Positions 14,485 to 24,041 of a DNA stretch of 25,929 nt are shown here, one piece after another (the stretch's first letter is position 1; the number at the start of each line of letters is the position of its first letter). A program made the translations under genes and the position numbers. The stretch is from a virus (taxonomy: Duplodnaviria; Caudoviricetes). The DNA is taken from the IMG/VR virus record IMGVR_UViG_3300002091_000107, positions 1-25,929 of that record; one strand, written 5' to 3'. The notes beneath the pieces were generated by a model, which saw nothing but the letters and a program-made list of their open reading frames with translations, made no database searches and was not told the origin of the DNA.

Positions 14485-16330
14485 ATTTATACATAAGAGT
14501 CGCTATGCTAGATACATAGATGACCAAGGAAGAAGAGAGTCTTGGGAGGAAACTGTTGATCGTTTAATCTCTTATCTAAAGACTAAAACAGAATCTAAAT
14601 CAATACCTTGGGAAGATTTACAAAAGTCAATTATTAACTTAGAAGTAATGCCTTCTATGCGTCTATTAATGACTGCTGGTGATGCTGTAGAACGAGATAA
14701 CATTGCAGCTTATAACTGTTCTTATCTTGCTATAAATAATAAGAGAGCATTTTCTGAAGCTCTTTACATACTAATGAATGGTACTGGTGTTGGATTCTCA
14801 TGTGAAAGACAAGAGATTGACAAACTACCTATTATACCTAGTTCCTTTAAGGAGGTTGACGATGTCATTGTGGTCGGAGATAGTAAATTGGGTTGGGCAA
14901 AAGCATTCAAGAAGTTATTGTCCAGTTTGTGGGAAGGAGATGTCCCTAAAATCGATTACTCTAAGGTCAGGCCGTCGGGTGCGAGACTCAAAACTTTCGG
15001 AGGCAGGGCTTCGGGTCCAGATCCATTGCGAAAACTGTTTAATTTCACGGTGGCAACATGCAAGGAAGCTGCGGGACGTAAGTTAAACTCTTTAGAAGTA
15101 CATGATATTATGTGTATGATTGGTGAGATTGTGGTAGTAGGTGGTGTAAGACGATCTGCCTTAATCTCATTATCTAACTTAACAGATAAAAGGATGAGAG
15201 ATGCAAAAACAGGGGCATGGTATAACGATTTCCCTTACAGAGGACTTGCCAACAACAGTGTGGCCTATACTGAACGACCCGATAGTGAAACTTTCATGGA
15301 AGAATGGCTCGCTTTGGTTAAATCAAAGTCAGGTGAACGAGGAATATTTAATCGTATTGCTTCTCAGAGTCAAGCAGGAAGATGGGGCAGAAGAGATACA
15401 ACTCTCAGCTACGGAACCAATCCATGTTCAGAAATTATCCTCCGTGATAAACAGTTCTGCAATCTTACGGAAGTGGTTGTACGGGCTAACGATACCGAAT
15501 CTACCTTGGCTCACAAGGTGTCCCTTGCAACAATACTCGGTACGCTTCAATCCACCCTCACCAGCTTCCAATTTCTAAGTGAAGAGTGGAAAAAGAATAC
15601 TGAAGAAGAACGATTATTAGGTGTTTCATTAACAGGTATTATGGATTGTAAAGTAACTAATACTCCTGATCCTAAAATGTTAGAAAGGTTAAGAGATGCA
15701 GCAAGAAAAACAAACGAAGAACTTTCTAAAGAACTTGGTATTCCTCCTTCTGCTTCTATCACTTGTGTTAAGCCTTCAGGTACAGTCAGCCAGTTGGTGG
15801 ACAGTGCTAGTGGCATTCATGCTAGACACAATACTTTTTACATTAGAAGGGTTCGAATTGATAAAAAGGATCCTGTATACTCGTTCCTCAAGGAAAAAGG
15901 TTTCCCAGTGGAAGACGAAGTCTTTAGGCCAGATTCGACAGCTGTATTCTCGTTTCCGATGAAAGCACCTAAGGGAGCTATCACTAGAAATGATATGACT
16001 GCCTTAGAGCAATTAGAATTATGGTTAGTGTATCAAAGACATTGGTGTGAACATAAACCATCAGTGACTATTACAGTGACAGATAATGAGTGGCCTGAAG
16101 TGGGTGCATGGGTATGGAAATACTTTGATGAGGTTAGTGGTATTAGTTTCTTACCCCACTCAAACCATACATATCAACAAGCACCTTATGAGGATATAAC
16201 AGAAGAGCAATATAAAGAATTAGCATCTAATATGCCAGGTGATATCAATTGGGAAGATCTGGTTGAAAAGGATGATAATACCGAGGGAAGCCAAACCCTA
16301 GCTTGTGTTGGCGGAACATGTGAGATATAA
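14456..16330 (+). CDS. nrdJ: Class II (adenosylcobalamin-dependent) ribonucleotide reductase
   Basis: PSMR, YNC, GTGVGFS, VVVGGVRRSA, TNPCSEI, FCNLTE, KPSGT and C-terminal LACVGGTCEI; no nrdB partner. ATG at 14456 preferred over TTG at 14450. Confidence 0.93.
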   Translation: MNTTLTNYSKFIHKSRYARYIDDQGRRESWEETVDRLISYLKTKTESKSIPWEDLQKSIINLEVMPSMRLLMTAGDAVERDNIAAYNCSYLAINNKRAFSEALYILMNGTGVGFSCERQEIDKLPIIPSSFKEVDDVIVVGDSKLGWAKAFKKLLSSLWEGDVPKIDYSKVRPSGARLKTFGGRASGPDPLRKLFNFTVATCKEAAGRKLNSLEVHDIMCMIGEIVVVGGVRRSALISLSNLTDKRMRDAKTGAWYNDFPYRGLANNSVAYTERPDSETFMEEWLALVKSKSGERGIFNRIASQSQAGRWGRRDTTLSYGTNPCSEIILRDKQFCNLTEVVVRANDTESTLAHKVSLATILGTLQSTLTSFQFLSEEWKKNTEEERLLGVSLTGIMDCKVTNTPDPKMLERLRDAARKTNEELSKELGIPPSASITCVKPSGTVSQLVDSASGIHARHNTFYIRRVRIDKKDPVYSFLKEKGFPVEDEVFRPDSTAVFSFPMKAPKGAITRNDMTALEQLELWLVYQRHWCEHKPSVTITVTDNEWPEVGAWVWKYFDEVSGISFLPHSNHTYQQAPYEDITEEQYKELASNMPGDINWEDLVEKDDNTEGSQTLACVGGTCEI

Positions 16331-16473
16331 TGCACGTTTCTATTAGGCCAATTTGTGGTGTAGGAGTAGGATTTGAGATACTTGAGGCTAAGTATATTCC
16401 TGAACTAGATGATGATGGGGTTTACTTAGTATTAGAGCTTCTCTTATTTAGAGTAGTAGTAAATTTAAACTGA
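16330..16473 (+). CDS. Small hypothetical protein (47 aa)
   Basis: MHVSIRPICGVGVGFEILE...LFRVVVNLN; TAATG coupling to nrdJ. Confidence 0.6.
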   Translation: MHVSIRPICGVGVGFEILEAKYIPELDDDGVYLVLELLLFRVVVNLN

Positions 16474-16488
16474 GAAAAAGGAGAACTA

Positions 16489-16635
16489 ATGAATTACAAT
16501 CAAGTGCAATTAAATAAAGTGGATAATGGTTTTATTGTGAGTACAACTAAGATTGATGTATTGACACAAAAACCTGATCAGAAAGTAGCAATCTTTGCTA
16601 CATTTGATGAAGTAGTTACTTACCTTAAGGGGTAG
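16489..16635 (+). CDS. Small hypothetical protein (48 aa)
   Basis: MNYNQVQLNKVDNGFIVSTTK...YLKG; AAGGAG RBS. Confidence 0.7.
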   Translation: MNYNQVQLNKVDNGFIVSTTKIDVLTQKPDQKVAIFATFDEVVTYLKG

Positions 16636-16643
16636 TACAAATT

Positions 16644-16670
16644 AGAAAGGGGCTTAAATGCCCCTTTTCT
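16644..16670. terminator. Bidirectional intrinsic terminator between the convergent arms
   Basis: AAAGGGGC-TTAAAT-GCCCCTTT with T-rich tails on both strands. Confidence 0.85.
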
Positions 16671-17068
16671 TATTCTTCTTTATATATAGTTAATGTTGCT
16701 TTACCTGCTTCTTTTAACTTCTCAAAGAATGGCTCAAAAGCAAATTTAGAGTTACCTACAAAGTCTTTACCCGCCCATGTAGTACCTAATAATATACATC
16801 CCTCAGTATCGTGAGAAGTATTACCAGTATGAATCCGTATACCTTCAAATCCAGGTACGTCTAGGACATGAGGCATAGGCCTACCAAAACGAGTAGAAAT
16901 ATCGATAATGACACTATAAATGCCATAAGGAATAGCTGTTTCATTCTGAACCTTTTCTCCTTCCCTTACTTTATCTTCTAAAGTAAAACAATGATAAATA
17001 CCATCTATGTAAAGTTTACCGATAGTATAAGTAGTACCAAATTCAAATCTTCTAAGTTTTATATCCAT
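16670..17068 (-). CDS. DUF5675 family (L,D-transpeptidase-like) putative endolysin
   Basis: TIGKL, TLED, AIPYG.Y and GIRIHTGN...TEGCILLG (His/Cys pair); last gene of the late arm. Confidence 0.8.
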   Translation of the reverse strand: MDIKLRRFEFGTTYTIGKLYIDGIYHCFTLEDKVREGEKVQNETAIPYGIYSVIIDISTRFGRPMPHVLDVPGFEGIRIHTGNTSHDTEGCILLGTTWAGKDFVGNSKFAFEPFFEKLKEAGKATLTIYKEE

Positions 17069-17712
17069 TAAGTTGCCTGTGTTTGTGCTGTTAAGATACC
17101 ATTAGTAAATGTCATACTACCCTGTGTCCCTAAAGCAGTTAAAGCAGCTGTAGTAATAGTAGCTGTAATACCTGTATTCTGAGTAGCCATAGTACCTAAC
17201 CCTAGGTTAGTTCTAGCAGTAGAAGCACTAGCTAAGTCTGATAAATTATTTGTACGATAAGCATAAGTTGTATCTGTACCCGTTGTAGAATATGAAGTAG
17301 TATTCTGTGCTGCCATGGTTCCTAATGTAGGAGTACCTGTTAATACTGAATAAGGTATTGTAGTAGAGGCAGTCATAACACTTGAACCATTACCATAAAC
17401 ATAGCCTGTTAAGGTAGTAGCCCCAGTACCTCCATTAGGTACAGTAAAAGGTACTGAAGGGAAACTAGATACAGTTGCATATTGAACAGCACTTAAATGA
17501 TAATATTGATTAGATATACCACCTTGAATGTCTTGTAAAGCATTATGTTGACGAGTTACAATATCTCGAAGATTAGAACCAGTAAAATCAATGCTGGACC
17601 AAGCAATAGATGCTTGCTGAACAAGTAACTGAGAAACTTTAAAAAACCAATCTCGCCAGACGAAAACATCGGTGATAGGGTTATTAGGTATTGGAGGTAA
17701 TTGAACAGCCAT
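17068..17712 (-). CDS. Tail fibre/needle-like structural protein
   Basis: Thr/Gly/Ser-rich; NGGTGATT, NNLSDLASASTARTNLGLG, repeated LGTMAxQN and terminal FTNGILT. Confidence 0.65.
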   Translation of the reverse strand: MAVQLPPIPNNPITDVFVWRDWFFKVSQLLVQQASIAWSSIDFTGSNLRDIVTRQHNALQDIQGGISNQYYHLSAVQYATVSSFPSVPFTVPNGGTGATTLTGYVYGNGSSVMTASTTIPYSVLTGTPTLGTMAAQNTTSYSTTGTDTTYAYRTNNLSDLASASTARTNLGLGTMATQNTGITATITTAALTALGTQGSMTFTNGILTAQTQAT

Positions 17713-19046
17713 TAGTCTTCAGACTCTTCTTTTTTTTCATAGATAAAGTCAGTGCAGTAGCCATACTTTTGAAGTTTAGGAAGTTCTTTTTCAAGTCTTT
17801 CTCCTATATCATCTCTAACGATTAAGCTATTAGGTACATTTATTTTATCAATAACTTCATAAGCTTTTTTAGATGCAGTGCATACATCATTACCAGTTCC
17901 TGTAGCCACAAGAATGTAATCCCCAGCTGAAACAATATGATCCTCAGTAACAATTTCATTACCTTTCATAATAGGAGCTTTCCCCCTCATAACTTCACAT
18001 AAGTGTACATCTTCCATAATATCTTCTAAACCATAAATAGGATAACCTGTAGGGTCACGACCAGTTGATTTAGTAAATGGAAAATCAGGGATAGCTGCAA
18101 CAATACCTACCGCTGTTTTATTTGTTGTTCTTAATGTATCTTTACCATTAATTAAATCTAGCATCCATGCCACTGGATCTGATTTGTGTAGGGCTGTTTG
18201 AATATTAAATAAAGGCCAACCAGGACGAGTAGTCCATTCTAAAGGTCTAGGTGATCCCTTATCATCAATAATGAATGCAAGATCAACATAACCTGTATAA
18301 TTATGATAAACAAGGAAGTCTTCACATTTCTTTAAGGTTTCATTGAATAGATTAGATTCTTTAACATACTTAAGAACTGTACCCATTTCACCAGTATTTA
18401 CACCAAAGTTAGAAGGCATAAGTTTCTTAAATTCAAAGTTTTCTGTAATATGATCTGTAAATCCATTACGTCCAATCCAACAACCTACAGCTACTTCAAT
18501 ACCAGGCACAAACTCTTGCATGATGAAAGGCATCTTACATTTACTTTTAGATTTCCATCTTTCAAGCATAAATATCATGTCTGCTGCTGATTTAGCTACA
18601 TAGCTTAAAGCTTTATCTGCATCACCAGAAGGTTTAGATACATATCTTACAGGGTTATTTTTAACATACTCAATAGCATCATTATAGTCTTTAAATGTTT
18701 GAGAAGGGATGACATCCATACCAGCTTTTTTTAAGATGTCTTGACCAAAACCTCTATCTAATTCTAAATCAGATGTTAAGTCATTAGCACCTAAGATAGG
18801 ATACCCTTGTTTATGGTATTTCTCTAATTCCCTCATCTGATAAGCATTATCTGATAAAACAATGATATCAGCCCAGTTCATATGTAATTGCCAGTTATAG
18901 ACTCTAGGAATGAGTCCTTGACCTATTTTAGAGTCATCATGACCAGGTACTTTTCTTATCCATTGTTTGACTTCATGACCTGCTTCTTGACATCTTAAAG
19001 CAAAGTCAACAAAGGCACCTGCTGGATCAATTAGTAATACTTTCAT
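17712..19046 (-). CDS. Divergent PurD (GAR synthetase)-fold ATP-grasp ligase
   Basis: Colinear with PurD: LE, VSKP, QEFVPGIE, NTGEMG, YTGY, LEWTTRPGWP and RDDIG; canonical substrate motifs are altered. Confidence 0.8.
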   Translation of the reverse strand: MKVLLIDPAGAFVDFALRCQEAGHEVKQWIRKVPGHDDSKIGQGLIPRVYNWQLHMNWADIIVLSDNAYQMRELEKYHKQGYPILGANDLTSDLELDRGFGQDILKKAGMDVIPSQTFKDYNDAIEYVKNNPVRYVSKPSGDADKALSYVAKSAADMIFMLERWKSKSKCKMPFIMQEFVPGIEVAVGCWIGRNGFTDHITENFEFKKLMPSNFGVNTGEMGTVLKYVKESNLFNETLKKCEDFLVYHNYTGYVDLAFIIDDKGSPRPLEWTTRPGWPLFNIQTALHKSDPVAWMLDLINGKDTLRTTNKTAVGIVAAIPDFPFTKSTGRDPTGYPIYGLEDIMEDVHLCEVMRGKAPIMKGNEIVTEDHIVSAGDYILVATGTGNDVCTASKKAYEVIDKINVPNSLIVRDDIGERLEKELPKLQKYGYCTDFIYEKKEESED

Positions 19047-21046
19047 TATTGTCCTTCTGAAGTAAATGGTTTAGATACTTGACCTGCAATAACAGGAGCT
19101 AGTCCATTAGCTATAATGTTTCTCATAAGTATTGCTCTTTTTTGAGCACCGATTGCTGCAGGTAAAGATTGAATCTTATCATAAATAGCTGTAAGTTCAG
19201 TTTGACTCATAGCTTTTGTTTCTTGTAAGATAGGTCTAAGTCTTTGCCACTCTTTAGTAATCTTCATAGGATCTAAAGTAGAAGGTTTAGTTTCATCAAT
19301 AATATTATAGAAATGTTTATTGACAGCTTTAGCTAAATCCTCTTTACCAGTAGGACTTTGCATAATATTTTGAATAGCAGACTTTAATCCCATTTTAGCA
19401 TCATTACCATAGATAGCTTTATTTTCAAAGCCATGTTGAACTAATGTAGGAATACTATCAAGACCTTCAGCTATCTTCTCAGCATTAACAGCTTTATCAA
19501 AATAGTTATATTTACTCATTTGAGTAATCTCACCAGTTTGAGGATTCTTATATTCAAACTTAGGTAGTTTCTCTTTCATAAAATTCTCAAAAGCTTGTCT
19601 AGTATCTGAACTAAGAACTTGATCAGTAACTCTATTAGCCTTAGGATTAAAAGGACCACCATGCTTCATGTAGTTTACAATGTCAGCATTAGCTTTTTCA
19701 GATAGGTTAGGTTTAGCACGATTTTCTAAGATTCTCTTAATACTAGCAATCTCTTCTGGTTTAGCACCAGAGGCTGTTAATTGTCTTGATAAATCAGACA
19801 TATTAATTGTAAGGTTTTGAGTGTCTTTATAGATGTTTTTAACAATACTCTCAGATACTTTTTTAGCAGGATCTAATTCCATACCAAGTTTAGTAGCTTC
19901 ATTAGAAAGAACTTTACGAATTGCTTCTGAATGAGCAATAGTACCCATACCTTCAAAAGTATCTTTACCAAACATAGCTTCTTTAGCAGCTAGGGTAGCT
20001 TTAATTTCAGTTGAAGACTCTGGGAAGAATTTAGATGCCCATTTAATAGCACTAGGCATTGTAAGTGCACCTAAGGGAGTAGAAGATAATTTCTTAATAG
20101 TACCATAACCACCACCAGTTAAAAGTTCAGCTGTAATAGCAGCACCTTCAGAACCACCAGATGATCTAATAGCCTCTCCAACACCAGCAGAAAAAGCACC
20201 AATAGCACCAGCTGCTAATAAAGATAATCCACCTGTTTCAGGAGCTAATCCCCAAGCCAACCCAGTACCAATAGCTCCACCAACACCAACGGGTAAGAAA
20301 CTAAATTGTCTAGATTCACCTTCTTTAGATAAATAATCAGTTACTTTACTTAAACCAAGTTTTTCAGCCCCCTTAGCATAACCTTGAGTAGCTTTTTGAA
20401 TCATATTTGCAGCTGTTTGTAATCCACCAAGTTGAGTTGGTTTAGTAGGAGTGGTTTGTATAGGAGTAGAAGGTTTACCACTAGTATCAGTATCAAAAGC
20501 TTTTCTAACCTCAGCTATTTGATCTTTATTCTTAATACGAGGTTCTACTACATCTTTGAAATACTGATCACGAGCAGCATTCTTTTGATCTTCAGGAAGT
20601 TTTTGGAAGTCTGGGTTTTGAGCTACTTCATCCCAAGTAGGAGCTGGTTTATAATTCTCATTGACTTTTTCAACATAGTTTTTAGTTTCAGTTGGAAGAT
20701 GATCTTTCCAGTTATCACCATGTTTTTCAATAAGTTTATCTACAGCACCTGGTCCAGCATTATAGGCAGCAGCAGCCTTTTCAGGACTACCACTGTATTT
20801 GTTGTAGAGAGCTGATAAGTAATCTTTACCAAATCTCATAAATTCTTGAGGTGACTTGTCCTTCATTGGTTGAACACCAAATCCAGGATCTTTTTGAGTA
20901 GAAGGTATTACTTGAGTAGCACCTTCAGCACCTTTAGGGGATGTTAAAATATCACCAGAAGTATCATATTGCTTACCTCCTGATTCTATATTAACTACTG
21001 TTTTAAATAAGTCATCTGGTACATAACTATCAATAGTATCATCCAT
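19046..21046 (-). CDS. Large ejection/internal virion protein with N-terminal lytic transglycosylase (SLT)
   Basis: IESGG, GAEGATQVIP, AAYNAGPG and ETKNYV; hydrophobic Gly-rich segment mid-protein. ATG at 21046 via TAATG coupling. Confidence 0.85.
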   Translation of the reverse strand: MDDTIDSYVPDDLFKTVVNIESGGKQYDTSGDILTSPKGAEGATQVIPSTQKDPGFGVQPMKDKSPQEFMRFGKDYLSALYNKYSGSPEKAAAAYNAGPGAVDKLIEKHGDNWKDHLPTETKNYVEKVNENYKPAPTWDEVAQNPDFQKLPEDQKNAARDQYFKDVVEPRIKNKDQIAEVRKAFDTDTSGKPSTPIQTTPTKPTQLGGLQTAANMIQKATQGYAKGAEKLGLSKVTDYLSKEGESRQFSFLPVGVGGAIGTGLAWGLAPETGGLSLLAAGAIGAFSAGVGEAIRSSGGSEGAAITAELLTGGGYGTIKKLSSTPLGALTMPSAIKWASKFFPESSTEIKATLAAKEAMFGKDTFEGMGTIAHSEAIRKVLSNEATKLGMELDPAKKVSESIVKNIYKDTQNLTINMSDLSRQLTASGAKPEEIASIKRILENRAKPNLSEKANADIVNYMKHGGPFNPKANRVTDQVLSSDTRQAFENFMKEKLPKFEYKNPQTGEITQMSKYNYFDKAVNAEKIAEGLDSIPTLVQHGFENKAIYGNDAKMGLKSAIQNIMQSPTGKEDLAKAVNKHFYNIIDETKPSTLDPMKITKEWQRLRPILQETKAMSQTELTAIYDKIQSLPAAIGAQKRAILMRNIIANGLAPVIAGQVSKPFTSEGQ

Positions 21047-22608
21047 TATCTTTTCCAACCAAATTGTTTACCATAGTCAATTTGACCTGCTTGATTAGTA
21101 CTTACTGGTTTAGTTGTATTTGTAGTTTCTTTTGGAGTCTTTTCAGCAAATGATCTACCTTGATCCCTTAACCAAGTTTGAAAACCTTTAAGGTTAGCTT
21201 TTTCAAAATGATCTTTAGCATACTCTTTGTAATCTAATACATCATTTTGGTTGAATGGAATAAGTTTATTCCAGTCTTGATATGCTCTAGCAATACCTTC
21301 TCTTTGAGCAGCATTAAATGAAGTATTTTCAGATGCACCCATTAAACCTGATTTAATAATGTTAGCTGCTTCACCAACTTTTTGTAGTTTAGTCATTTCA
21401 TCTTGACCAGGTTGAGAAGTAATAGAAGCATCTAGAGCATTAATCTGAGCAGCACCACCACCTTGACCATACCCTGCAGTTTCAAGACTAGAAGCCATAC
21501 GAGCTAATGGTTTCATAAGAGCTGTATAAGATTGTTTAGAAGGATCAGTAATCTTAAGACCAAGTTGTTTACCAATAGCACCAACCCATGTATTGTCTTT
21601 TAAATTACCAAACATACCCGCTTCACCTAAACCGTCATTTTTAATAGATTGATTAATAGACTTAGCAAAGCCTGAGATTTCTTCAGCCATTGTTGCTACC
21701 TGAGAATTACGGCCAACTTGATAAGCAGCTGGTTTAGTCATAGGTTGATTTAAGTTTCCAATGAGACGTTTTTCTTTATCATCTTTAGGAACAATTTCTT
21801 CACCAGATGTACCTTTAAATACATTACTGTCACTAGAACCAATAGAAGTGTTAGGAACAGATACACCTTGTTTAGATTCTCTATTAGAAATTTCAGATAG
21901 TTGATTTTTAATTTGAGATTGCTTATTAGCATCCAATAAACTCATACCATAAGTATTAGCAAACTTCTGAAGTTCAGGTGAGAAGATATCTGTACGAATT
22001 TGTTTAAGAGCTGGTTTACCAGTGTTAGGATCCATTTGAGGTTTACCATCTTGACCCATTATAGGTACTTGAATAACTGGGGGAATATTTATATTCTTAG
22101 ATCTAAGTTGCATCATACCAATATCTAAACTTTGTTGATCATTAATATTTAATAATACACCAGAGACTTCTTCACGCTTTTTATCCATTAAAGCTTGATC
22201 ATCTTTTCTTCTAGTATTAAGCTTAGTAATTTCTTGGTCAGCTTGATTAGCAAGCTTCATACCTAAATCAAGAGTAGCTCTATTACCTTGTAGGTTCTTA
22301 GCAAAAGTAAGTTGTGCATTAAGCTTTTGTTCTTCTTGATCATAGTTTTTTAATGTTTGACCAAGTTGTACAAAGTCTTGTTGATCTGCTTGTTTTTGAT
22401 CAGTAGGTTGTTGGAATCCTTTAGGACCTTGAGCTGTATCAGGTTGTTGACCCATTTTAAAGTAGTCACCTAAAGCTGCACTAGCTTTCTTTTGGTCTTC
22501 AAGGGAAATTCTACCTTCTTCAGCTTTTTGAACTTCTTGTTGAGATTTTGCTACATCACTTTGAACTTCATACCAAGTAGGTAGAGCAGTTAATTGAGGA
22601 ACAGCCAT
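21046..22608 (-). CDS. Ejection/internal virion protein (P22 gp20-like position)
   Basis: Q/A-rich helical, no Cys, between two other ejection genes; ATG at 22608 with AAAGGA RBS. Confidence 0.7.
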   Translation of the reverse strand: MAVPQLTALPTWYEVQSDVAKSQQEVQKAEEGRISLEDQKKASAALGDYFKMGQQPDTAQGPKGFQQPTDQKQADQQDFVQLGQTLKNYDQEEQKLNAQLTFAKNLQGNRATLDLGMKLANQADQEITKLNTRRKDDQALMDKKREEVSGVLLNINDQQSLDIGMMQLRSKNINIPPVIQVPIMGQDGKPQMDPNTGKPALKQIRTDIFSPELQKFANTYGMSLLDANKQSQIKNQLSEISNRESKQGVSVPNTSIGSSDSNVFKGTSGEEIVPKDDKEKRLIGNLNQPMTKPAAYQVGRNSQVATMAEEISGFAKSINQSIKNDGLGEAGMFGNLKDNTWVGAIGKQLGLKITDPSKQSYTALMKPLARMASSLETAGYGQGGGAAQINALDASITSQPGQDEMTKLQKVGEAANIIKSGLMGASENTSFNAAQREGIARAYQDWNKLIPFNQNDVLDYKEYAKDHFEKANLKGFQTWLRDQGRSFAEKTPKETTNTTKPVSTNQAGQIDYGKQFGWKR

Positions 22609-22618
22609 GTTTAATCCT

Positions 22619-23575
22619 TTATGAGAAGAATGAACCAACACCAGCAAGACCTGCTAGTAATTGTTTTTGTTGATTTGCTTGAACTAAAGATTGATTTGTA
22701 GCGGCAGTATTATAGGCATTTTGACCATATGCAGGGGCTTGTGTAGCACCTGATAAACCTGCTAAAGTACTTACATAATTATTAAACCATTGATTAGCTA
22801 TATTAGAAGTAGTATCTGTAATAGCACCTAAAGTATTACCTGAAACAAGCGTACCAGCTGCTGCAGCATTTCTATTAACAGCTGTTCTACCTTGTCTTTG
22901 AGTTGATTGATAACCAGGTAAAGAATAAGCTAGATTAGGATTGTTCATTAAATCTTGTAGCTTTTGAGCATTAGCAGAACGATATGGACCAAAAGGATCT
23001 GCAGCAAGCTTAGCAGCATCAGGTGACTGTCCTTGAGGACCAAATATACCTGAATACAAGTTAGAACCTACAGAAGCAATATTAGAAATATTTTTAAGGT
23101 TGCCTAAAAAGTTACTTCCACCAGCTGCTGTAGCAGCATCAACTGCACCAGCCGTATTAGCACCAATTGTAGCAAATGGTGAAAAGCTAGATCCATACCC
23201 ACCAATTGTACCACCTAAATCAACACCTACACTAGGTATACTACCTGAAGTAAGTCCTGTAATACCTCCTGATATTCCTGGTGTAAAAGAACTACCACTT
23301 CCAAGATAATCTAAAGCACCTGAAGATAAAGTAGAACCAACATCTCCTATAGCTGCAGCAGCCCCTGCTCCACTTAGACCTAAACCAAGCCCACCTAAAG
23401 CAGCATCACCAACAATACCACCCATACCAGCACCTAAAGCAGCTGCTCCTAAAGTAGCTTCTGTAGCTCCTGCGGCTCCTAGTAAAGTAGGACCAATAAG
23501 ACCCATGCCTACCGCATCTACACCTTCGGCTGCTACTGCTCCTCCAATGACATCAACTGCTGCTGAAATACCCAT
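22619..23575 (-). CDS. Ejection/DNA transfer protein (P22 gp7-like)
   Basis: Gly/Ala-rich hydrophobic N-terminus; PGYQ...NRNAAAAGTLVSGNT motif; amphipathic C-terminus. Confidence 0.7.
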   Translation of the reverse strand: MGISAAVDVIGGAVAAEGVDAVGMGLIGPTLLGAAGATEATLGAAALGAGMGGIVGDAALGGLGLGLSGAGAAAAIGDVGSTLSSGALDYLGSGSSFTPGISGGITGLTSGSIPSVGVDLGGTIGGYGSSFSPFATIGANTAGAVDAATAAGGSNFLGNLKNISNIASVGSNLYSGIFGPQGQSPDAAKLAADPFGPYRSANAQKLQDLMNNPNLAYSLPGYQSTQRQGRTAVNRNAAAAGTLVSGNTLGAITDTTSNIANQWFNNYVSTLAGLSGATQAPAYGQNAYNTAATNQSLVQANQQKQLLAGLAGVGSFFS

Positions 23576-23577
23576 AA

Positions 23578-24033
23578 TTAATCCTTTATGATTTTTCCTA
23601 CGATTATATCTTCATCAACATACCCCATATGATGGAGTATTCTGGTGAAATCTTTATTAAATTTAACATGCCAAAGAATCTTTGACACTCCTAAAGCTTT
23701 TAAGAACTGCTCAGAATATTGAATGAGCCTTGGACCAATCATCCCTTTACGGTAATCAGGATGTAAATATAAAAGGTCATTATTAGCATAAAAAGTAGAC
23801 TTATAATGAAGATGGTTTGTAACAAAGAATATAGAATATCCTATAAGTTTACCATCATCTCTAGCAGTAATGAGATATGCAAGTTTATTAGCAATAAGAG
23901 TTTTATACCTATCCCAATCAGGATCTAATGGTATAATATCTTTATTTAATGCTATTTCTTCATAATGAAGACTTATTAAACCTTCTATTTCACTTCTAGC
24001 TTGGTCAAATCCTTCTACACCAAACTCAATCAT
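23578..24033 (-). CDS. GNAT family acetyltransferase-like protein
   Basis: DGKLIGY, acetyl-CoA motif LYLHPDYRKGMIG and MGY; AGGAG RBS. Confidence 0.82.
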   Translation of the reverse strand: MIEFGVEGFDQARSEIEGLISLHYEEIALNKDIIPLDPDWDRYKTLIANKLAYLITARDDGKLIGYSIFFVTNHLHYKSTFYANNDLLYLHPDYRKGMIGPRLIQYSEQFLKALGVSKILWHVKFNKDFTRILHHMGYVDEDIIVGKIIKD

Positions 24034-24041
24034 TTTAGCTC

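Noticed and set aside
5711-15962. Antisense or alternate-frame ORFs in the track (5711, 6598, 7908, 8131, 8470, 8767, 10039, 10667, 11187, 11326, 12576, 13810, 13823, 14778, 15201, 15547, 15696)
   Set aside because: They overlap well-supported genes and show no motifs; treated as shadow ORFs.
17712-19046. Calling the gene purD as a purine auxiliary metabolic gene
   Set aside because: Substrate-binding signatures are altered and the gene sits in the structural operon, so the symbol was withheld.
20432-23309. ORFs 20432-20815 (+), 21750-21932 (-) and 23100-23309 (+)
   Set aside because: Shadows of the ejection-protein genes.
114-24033. A RiPP cluster in which the dioxygenase, ATP-grasp and GNAT modify the PqqA-like peptide
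   Set aside because: The genes are kilobases apart in different transcription units, and the peptide looks like canonical PqqA, best explained as a substrate for host Pqq enzymes.
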